64,000 nucleotides of DNA, taken from NCBI GenBank assembly GCA_040437565.1, contig JBDOQK010000032.1, positions 124,001 to 188,000 on the forward strand. Direction: 5' to 3'. The notes below the pieces were generated by a model. That model was not told where the DNA came from, ran no database searches, and saw only the letters and a program-made list of their open reading frames with translations. The position numbers were made by a program, and so were the translations under genes. Source of the stretch: Albugo candida (lineage: Eukaryota). Shown in pieces: positions 1-8,976 of this stretch (its first letter is position 1; every line of letters starts with the position of its first letter).

Positions 1-912
1 TCAGCTTGAGCAGCGGGGCTATTGCCAGGAGTACCAGAGGCCTTAAAAGACTGTACGTACGCTCCACGCTCGGTAGTACAACTACATAAAGAGCCCGCAT
101 CTTTACTTATTACCAACGCCAATAATGCTGATACATGAAATTCTCTTACCTTTGGCCAAGTAGAAAGGGATCAGCGATGGTGTAGTCCCCGTGTAATTCC
201 GATACTTCCACCAGGTCGTCTCATTGCCCAAGTGAATGACTTGTGAGATGTTTTGAAGCCCTATTGGATTCTTACTGCTGATAAATTCCGCAATGTAATT
301 GAAATCCTCCAAGAAAATTTGATTGTGAAAACCACACAATGGAAGTAAACTGTGTGCGATTTCCGCTAAAACAAAGCAATGCATGATCGCACAGAGGTAT
401 ATGGGCTCATACCCGCTGAAGCGTTTGGCTCGACAGAGCGATAATAGAATAGGAACAGGTAGTATGACGATAATGCAGCTTAGTATGATGTTTGAAATTG
501 CTAAAAGGCGTCTAGGTCCATCCTCATAATAAATTAAAACAATGTTGTGCATGATATACGCAAACAGCGCGACCCAGCATCCGACGGCGGCAAAACACGC
601 AGGTTTCAAATTCGTTTGGATAAAGTAGGCCTGATACTCCATTTCTGCAAGTGTATTGAGGCAGAATGAATTTGTCAGATAGTGGAAACCATACTTCTCT
701 TCCATCTGCTTGGTTAAGCGAGTTGAATCGCGATAATCCTGGCTGGATCGCGGAAAGATCACAGTGGACAATGGAAGGCTAAAAGAGGAACGTCGAGAAG
801 ATTCATCTTCTGATACTGTGATTCCTAGTAAGGTAGCTGATATAGTCGAATTCACCTTTTTCTTATCCATCTTCTGCGCTGTATCAATGGCGCTACTTGG
901 TTCCGGTGTCAT
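1..912 (-). CDS. 5' part of a multi-pass membrane protein that runs off the window start; possibly a cyclic-nucleotide signalling enzyme (cyclase/PDE) N-terminus
   Basis: 269-aa ORF with several hydrophobic helices after a cytosolic N-terminus ending in F..L.E.EY..YF; GTAAG donor near 149. The family guess is weak inference because no catalytic domain is in the window. Confidence 0.5.
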
Positions 913-1314
913 CGTCAGACCGATCTCGAAACGGCGTGCATACTACCGTAACGGTTACCAGTTCGTTAACTGCTATATCGGTTATCGGTAGAATTTTCGC
1001 CATTACCAATACTTTTGGTATCTCATTTTTCCCGNNNNNNNNNNNNNNNNNNNNNNNNNNNNNNNNNNNNNNNNNNNNNNNNNNNNNNNNNNNNNNNNNN
1101 NNNNNNNNNNNNNNNNNNNNNNNNNNNNNNNNNNCTTTTGGTATCTCATTTTTCCCGTTAAATTGTTTCTTTACTCTTAATCCTGTCGTTTTCCTCCTTT
1201 GCGCTTGTGCACTAGTACATTTTCTAAACGCTCAATTGTATTCCTATTGTATTGTCCTGTACACTACCCGCGCTTGTATTACAGAATTTATCAAAGTTTT
1301 CGTATTTTGTACCG

Positions 1315-2769
1315 ATGGACGCGGATTGCAAAACCTTATGGATGGGTGACATTCAATTGAATTGGGATGAAGCATACATTGGCTCGTTATTTGCTTCAGC
1401 GGGTAGCGTATGACTCCTTTTTGTCTTATTTGCGCGTTTAAACTCATACACTCACTTGATAGTGGAGCAGCCTTCTATTAAATTGATCCGAGATAAAGTC
1501 ACTGGGTATCCTGCTGGATACGGGTTCCTGGAGTTTCCATCGCAACAAGGCGCACAGGCTGTTTTGAACACTTTTAATGGGCAGATTGTTCGTACGTGTT
1601 ATCATGTCGACACGTTGGATTCATTTGACACTTGCTTTGTAGCAAACACAATTCATCGATTTCGTCTAAATTGGGGTGCTGGAGGTCGACGGATTGACAC
1701 AGTCGAAGATCATTCGATTTTTGTTGGAGATTTGGCCCCAGAAGTCAGTGATGAGTTACTTTTGAGTACATTCTCGACGAGATTTTCAAGTGTGCGTGGA
1801 GCCAAAGTCGTGATTGATCCTGTTACTCGGATGCCAAAAGGCTTTGGATTCGTGCGTTTTGGAGATAAGGGGGAAGCGGATCAGGCACTACAAACTATGA
1901 ATGGCGTATATTGCTCGTCCCGACCGATGCGAGTGAGCGTGGCCACCGATCGAACAAAGACACGTGGTATAATGCCACCTCCAATTAGCTACCCGGTAGT
2001 TGGGACGGGGAATACTGAGGAAGAGGGAGCAAATACGACAGTTTTTATAGGTGGTCTAGACCCCAGTACAACAGAAGATGATCTCCGTGCACGCTTTGGC
2101 GTTATTGGAGAGATCATGTCGGTCAAAGTTCCACCAGGTCGAGGATGTGGATTCGTGCAATATGTTACCAAAGATGCAGCAGATGTCGCGATCAATCAGA
2201 TGAACGGAGCTCTCATCAATGGTGTCAAAGTGCGATGCGCTTGGGGAAGATCTGCAGCCGCGAGATTAGCTGGTTCCAGTGTTCCTGCAGCCGGTTATTA
2301 TCAGCAGTATCCTTACCAGCAACCGGCGTATCAAAACGCTTATGGGTACAATTATTTTCCTCAGGGATATGCACAGCAACCAGGATCATATACTTATAAT
2401 GCGTATGGAGGATACCCTCAAGCTGAAGGAATGGCATCAGCTTACAATCAACAAGCTTCGATTACAGGGCAATCACAGTCCACCACTCATGGCGGCGCTA
2501 ATTCGCAAATGTTACATCAACCTTATCAAGGATCTCAGCGACGTGATCCTTTCGACAATTCCATGGATTTTACTCGACCAGACGATGATGAAAATCTGAA
2601 TCAAAACTATGTTGCTAAGCACGCCTATCAGGTACATACACGCATATAAATGCTCTGATTCAGTCCTAATGTTCTGTGTTGATAGTACATGCCACCAGCG
2701 ATGAACGCTTCTTACTCACCCATTTCGGCTCATTTGGCCAAAGGAACCGCGATGGAAAGATCATCTTAG
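1315..2769 (+). CDS. Triple-RRM RNA-binding protein, RBP45/RBP47 (Nam8/TRNAU1AP) family
   Basis: MDADCKTLWMGD start at 1315; RNP motifs GYGFLEF, GFGFVRF and GCGFVQY; FRLNWG, SIFVGDL and TVFIGGL; Y/Q-rich tail. GT-AG introns 1403-1462, 1592-1642 and 2632-2685; stop at 2767-2769. Confidence 0.92.
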
Positions 2770-3120
2770 ACATACCGTTGAGAGGCATTTATCATTGGAG
2801 CAATTAAATTGAATGAATAGGAATCCGCTGAATTTATCCCTCTCATTACTTTTTGCCTTCTCGTGCCATTATGACGTTGAAACACAATGGCTCTCCATTC
2901 TCAGTGGTTATGCGCAGGCCCTTTGTCAAAGATTCGGACATTTGAAAACGGGATGATCTCAGAAACAAGCACGCCGACATACAGCGTGTCACATGAAAAG
3001 CAGTCAAAGCCAGTTGAGAGTTGAGTTTAACGGTAGCATACACCTGGTAAACTACAGTTTGCTCAGCGCTCGACTTTGTGGTGTTCAGTTTGCTGTGTAC
3101 TCGGCCCCTCTGAAGCGAAA

Positions 3121-3864
3121 ATGTCGATTGAATTTCCGAACCTTCCTTACTCGTACAGCGCGTTGGAGCCGTACATTGACACTCTGACGATGAATTTGCA
3201 TCACGCTCAGCATCATCAGACATACGTACACTCACTGAAAAAGTTTTTGGAGACGGTGTGGCTGAATTGTACATTGAAGCTCATACTTTAATGGGAATTT
3301 GACTTGTTTTTGTAGGAGCAAAATGGAGAATTGAAAGGAAAAGATATTGTGGAGATCATACAAAATGCAAAAGCAGAAAAGATTCGAAATAACGGTGGCG
3401 GACATTACAACCACAGTCTATTTTGGCTCTGGTTAGCACCACCTGGAACTGCCAATAGCGCACCTTATGGAAATCTCAGTGCGAGAATCGATGCTGATTT
3501 TGGGTCTATCGATGCGATGAAGACTCAATTTAACGCCGCAGCTGCAACACGGTTTGGATCAGGTTGGGCTTGGCTTGGTGTTGGGAGCAACGGGAAATTA
3601 GGCATCACATCGACACCAAATCAAGATAATCCACTCATGCCGGATGTCGATGAGCCAATGATCCCGATACTTGGGTTGGATGTGTGGGAACATTCTTACT
3701 TTCTTAAGTATCAAAATCGACGACCCGAATACATTCACGCTTTTTGGAAGTTGGTGAATTGGGATCAAGTCGTATACTGTTATGATGAGCATGCTTCCAA
3801 GCAGAAGCCTGTCCCCGTGGAGATGGTAGATTTGCCGTCAGGGAAATCGGTAGCTGGTAAGTAG
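3121..3864 (+). CDS. Mn superoxide dismutase, copy A (no targeting peptide)
   Basis: [46 protein letters not shown] and DVWEHSYF motifs; GGG and NQD are Mn-type signatures; one intron 3256-3315. Confidence 0.95.
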
Positions 3865-4100
3865 TCAGAGGAATCTATCGGTGTACAGCGTCAGCCTTGT
3901 TCTGGCTGGCATTTGGAGTAATACGTGGATCGGGAATGTCGTTAGGGTAGCATATAATCCGATAGGAATGAACTTTGTATTCTTGTTCTCATGGTAGTTG
4001 CTGTATCGAGATATTCTGCTGCTAGCATAAGTGTGTTTCTCATATAACTGGCAATTACAGCTGCGACGTTACCGCCAGGGACATGCAAAGTAAACTGCTC

Positions 4101-4186
4101 GGCTTTTTGCCTTCAAAAGAGCCTCATAACTGAATTTTAGGGCGCTGGGCCTTTTGCTTTCGCAGGAGCCTCACAACTGAATTTCT
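4101..4186 (+). promoter_or_regulatory. Imperfect tandem duplication of a ~38-nt unit with an Inr/FPR-like core promoter, directly upstream of SOD copy B
   Basis: ggctttttgccttcaaaagagcctcataactgaatttt versus ggccttttgctttcgcaggagcctcacaactgaatttc; each ends in a TCA....AATTT segment resembling the oomycete initiator plus FPR. Confidence 0.5.
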
Positions 4187-4195
4187 AAAGTGACG

Positions 4196-5015
4196 ATGGT
4201 ATTCAAGCTTCCATTACTGCAGTACCAATACAATTCGCTTGAGCCGTATGTGGACACGATGACAATGAGCATCCATCATTCCCTCGAGCACGAAGTTTAT
4301 GTTCAATTTATTAATGAATACGTTGAAAAAGCAAGTGCCTTGACCTTTGATAACACACGTTCTAAGACGCTACTATGAACAGTATCAAGGTGGCGAGCTC
4401 AAAGATAAAGATATCGTTCAAGTGGTTCAGAATGCCAAGGCTGAGCCTATTCGAAATAACGCAGGCGGGCACTACAATCACAGGTGTACCAATAAGTAAT
4501 TACATTTTGGAGCTCAGTGTAATGACTTTGCGTGTATTAGTCTTTTCTGGACCGTTATGGGCCCACCGGGATCGGTATCTCAAGCTCCAGGGGGGAAGTT
4601 GAAAGCCAAGATTCAGGAAGCTTTCGGTTCCATTGATCGGATGAAGGAGGAATTTGGAACAGTTGCTGCAGAACGATTTGGCTCAGGTTGGGCCTGGCTT
4701 GGCGTGAAGCCGGACGGCACCGTTGGCATCACGTCGACCATGAATCAGGACAACCCGCTCATGCCAAATGCAGTAGATCCCATGATTCCCATCATGGGTC
4801 TTGATGTAAGTCTCTATCATTGCTACACGGCCCGCAACCCATCCACTAACTTTGGGCGTTTTCAGGTTTGGGAACACGCTTACTACCTAAAGTATCACAA
4901 TCGTCGGAAAGAGTACATCTCAGCGTTCTGGAACATTACGAATTGGGATCAAGTGACTGCTAATTACGACATGTTCGCATCGAAACAAAATCCTATTCCG
5001 ATCCCAGGAAATTAG
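4196..5015 (+). CDS. Mn superoxide dismutase, copy B (divergent substrate funnel)
   Basis: [54 protein letters not shown] and D|VWEHAYY; introns 4331-4382 (probable GC-AG), 4484-4540 and 4806-4865. Confidence 0.93.
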
Positions 5016-5197
5016 CTCGTGACCTTTCGGTATAAATGTAAACAGAGATTTTGCTATTGTAACGATCACCATAGGCTATCGTTTGTAAGAGGGAACCAAA
5101 TTACAAAGGCAAAATGAATGGGTAGAAATAATTTTCAGGCTTTATCGTGACATTTTTTCAAGGTCCAATTGCAGTCGAAATTGCCACGTTCGCAACA

Positions 5198-6068
5198 ATG
5201 AAAAACACTGAATCTGTCAAGTATCACCTCGTCGAAGCAGAGGAAGTTTCTCATTCTAACACTTCTAATGACTTTGCACGATCAAGTAAACAATTCCGAA
5301 AAGGTAGGTGCTCGAATCCTTTTTGTTTGATGCCTAACGGCTTCACACAGGCAAAACCAATTGGAAGCAGCACCATACTGAGCTTGGCGCATCGACATAT
5401 TACCCAAAAGACCAGTACGGCTCTAAACATGAGCAGCGGTCTTATCGAGGCAACAAGCGAAGTAGTCGTTCAAAAGCGTACTCGCAAGCTTGCAAGCAAC
5501 AAAGGTGGAGCATGGACGATCCTTACTATCAAAACGAGCATGTCGAGTACACTCCTCACGGAACCTATCAAAACGGCGTTTTCGTACCGAATCCTGATGT
5601 TAGAATCACAGCTCAATGGGCCAAACAACAAATGTAAGTCGTCATCTATTCGCACACATTCAGTCTCAGACATTATCTCAATGTAGAGAGTTTTATTTTT
5701 CACCAGAGAATCTCGTCCGCGATATGTTTCTCCGTCAGCATATGGATGTGGACGGATACGTACCGTTGGCGTTTGTGGGAAGTTTTCAAGCAGTATATTC
5801 ACTTCATCAAGACTATCCTTCACTTCTCGAAGCCATGCAGTCGTCTGAAGTAGTGGAATTCGATCATGTAAACGAAAAAATACGATTACGGTACGGATGG
5901 GAAAAATGGTTGTGGCCTAATCCTGACGGAACGTACGGAGTCCCATCATATGTGAAAATGAACATGTACTCTCTTGATCCCGAAGCAGGCGAGTGGGGAC
6001 ACCTACAACCAGAATACCCGCAAAAATTTGCCTCGTACGGTGAGCAGTACCCAGCAGCGGCATACTGA
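5198..6068 (+). CDS. La-motif (LARP-type) RNA-binding protein
   Basis: Spliced QQI|EFYFSPENLVRDMFLRQHMDVDGYVPLAFVGSF matches the La HTH motif; introns at about 5304-5350 and 5634-5686. Confidence 0.85.
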
Positions 6069-6325
6069 TAGAATGATCCTTCGATAAGTGACCTGAATTG
6101 TATTGCATTTCGCATGTATTTTGCATAACACCATAAAGCGGTATATAAAATCACGTAAACATTCTCACTGTTGTCGTCAAAGTAAAGTGATTGCACCTAC
6201 GGCAATAAAGTAGAGAGAAATTCAGGACCGTGCCAAGTCGCAGAAAATTGGCGGACAAGTGATTAATTCTTTTTATCTCAAAGTTTGGTCACTACCAATA
6301 GATTGAGAGCCGAGACTTTTTGGCC

Positions 6326-7066
6326 TTAAAAAACTGGCTCAACAGTTGGAGCAGCAACAATAGGAGCTGGTGGAGGAATCATTGACTGAGGTTGAGGAAC
6401 TGGAAAGACAAGAGGAATATCTTCCTTCGGCTCCAGAATAGTAACAACGTCATCCAAGTTCCGCTTTGGTCCTTGTTTGCCGGTTGGGTCTTGTGGAAGC
6501 ATGATGGACACCTTGACTCCCAATACACCTTGACGCATGAGCACGTGTCGTACAGCGGTATCCACATACTCTTGCCTCGCGTTACCAGTCTTAACCATGT
6601 ATCCTTCCTTGAACTTCATGGATTTTGCACGCTGCGCTCTCAGCTTACCGGACACGATAACTTCACATCCTTTTGCTCCAGCTTCCATAACAAATCGAAG
6701 CACTGAGTAACACGCTCGACGGACCGCGAGTCCTTCCAACAAACGATATTTGAGTGATTCCGCTTGCGCTTGCGAGCAAAGTCCTCTGTTCGCAATACGC
6801 TCAGCGTAAAGCTCTACTGATCCCTCTGCAAAGTTGAATCTTTTCTGGACAACCGACGTCAATTCACGAATTCGCTGACCTTTTTCACCCAATACTTCTT
6901 GTGTTCGCGTTGCACGAATAATGATTTCCGTGCGAAGAGGAGTGACACGAACTTCGACACCACTGTACCCGTCTCCATACAGCTCACGTTGGAGCAGTTC
7001 ATTCAGTTCAGCGTAGAATACACCGTCCGCCACGAACTTGCGCTTCTTTGAGATATTTGTCGCCAT
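6326..7066 (-). CDS. RPS3: 40S ribosomal protein S3 (uS3), intronless
   Basis: [19 protein letters not shown]...[20 protein letters not shown], the hallmark eukaryotic uS3 sequence. Confidence 0.98.
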   Translation of the reverse strand: MATNISKKRKFVADGVFYAELNELLQRELYGDGYSGVEVRVTPLRTEIIIRATRTQEVLGEKGQRIRELTSVVQKRFNFAEGSVELYAERIANRGLCSQAQAESLKYRLLEGLAVRRACYSVLRFVMEAGAKGCEVIVSGKLRAQRAKSMKFKEGYMVKTGNARQEYVDTAVRHVLMRQGVLGVKVSIMLPQDPTGKQGPKRNLDDVVTILEPKEDIPLVFPVPQPQSMIPPPAPIVAAPTVEPVF

Positions 7067-8976
7067 TTTCTGAAAGTATTATGGATCAAGGAGTCCTCTA
7101 TTCAAGGTACGAGTCATTGGTGTCCAATGATTTTAGACTGTGCAAACCTCATATTAGGATATCCTATCATTACGTCGCCACTTCAATTCAGGAAGCTTGT
7201 CCTTTGTGTAAGATACTTTGTCCGCTGGATCTAAAATGCATCCTTCCTCTATTTTGTATATAGCAACTAGCGCGTTACTGGTGGAATACATCACCAAGCA
7301 AAGACAAGTGGGAAGGACATAGCAATATCTGATGGGATTACAGACCCTGATTTGAGTTTATAAATAAACTTTTCCAGCTTTACACGTTGGAGAACATGCG
7401 AAGATATCTTTCGATGTCGATTCCTTTCTTACAGCTCTATTTTTGTGCGCTGGGTTCATATACATGGCCTGAATTCCATCCACCTAACTCCGATAATCTG
7501 GTAAATGGTACTGATCCTCAAGCATATTGCATCGCATTGTAGCAGGATGTATGGTCTTCGCGTCTATGAACCAAGCTTACCTGTAAATTCGCGGTCTGCA
7601 ATGTGGTGTCTACATCCAACTGTTCATGTCAACATATTTCAGTGCGAATTTGACTCTTTCGATGAGAGTTTCAATATGTGATGTCTCATCCTGTTTCGCA
7701 ACAAATTGCTAAATGTAATACAACGGCTCGAGAGCCTTAGTGTTTACTTGGTGCAAGGTCCATAACAATCATCGGAAAAGAAGGCAACAGGAACACATTG
7801 CTTGTACAACTGGCTGACGGGCCCCGCTTCGAGAAATCTTGTAGAGCGAGGATCCGATTCAGAGCAGTGCGTATGTCAACCGAGCTGAAGGCGAGGGCCC
7901 TATCTACTCGACATCGAAAGCTATTGCTATACGCGAGATACGACTTCTATATAATTAAATTCCATGCTAAAAAGCTGCATTTCCATTAGAGGCTTCTTCG
8001 TCCTACAACAGAATTGCATATATCACTACATACAACACGACGTACGTGACAACTCCATTTCGGAAAATGCTCAGCGATAAATCATGGTGTGCGTGTATTT
8101 GCATCCGAGAAAAAATCCTGATGAATATTTCTACAACAGTGAAGACCTTCTGACTCCGACGGAATTTTCAATATCAAGGACTCCATAGGTAAAATGCCAT
8201 TTTCGCAACTATCAAAAGTCTACTTTGTCATCTCCCAGCTGAATTATAAGAAAGTATGGACAGGAGAGAAATATCGCTTTTCTAACACATCAATCTTTGT
8301 ATAAGAAGAGGCTCTATTTGAACAGCATCGTATCACACTATTGCGTGTTTATCTACGCTAGCAAGTATCGCGACCAATATCGCATATTTGGTCAACTACA
8401 AACTCATTAGCTTTGTCACCACTTCTTGACACGCGAATGCCCCAGTCAGGATTTCATCTCAATAAATCGGGCTCACAGCACAGCGTTCTCGCAATATCCC
8501 TGCATTGTCGGCACTTTCTTCCGGTATGCGGTTCTCACATTTTCCATAATTTCTTGCACGAGAGTCTCTCACTCATATACCTTTTTGCGTCGCAGTAATA
8601 ACACACAACGTCTTCTATCATATTCATCAAGTCGTAGGAACTGTAGAACGCTGATTGAATTCTCATTCTTCGAGGATCCGAGTGCACATAATCAACTCCC
8701 CAGCCCAAAAGTTGACACCACCTCATTTATTTGATCATCGTCCAAAATATAGCAATCACAGAATCCAATACAACCAAATAGCCTGGCTACAGCCCGCATT
8801 ATACAATTCCAAGTTTGCTTAAACAGAATGGACGTGTTTCAGAAAGAAACACAAATCAGCTATATCGACAACCATTAGAGCTGCTTGCTGCTTAGAATTG
8901 TGTATACGATTGTCAATGATGCTTTTGTACCCCCTTTGCCAACATCCCATTTCAATCAGCATAGCATCGTCAAAGA

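Noticed and set aside
2846-3274. 142-aa - strand ORF overlapping SOD copy A
   Set aside because: Antisense shadow with no motif; the same applies to most short overlapping ORFs in the track.
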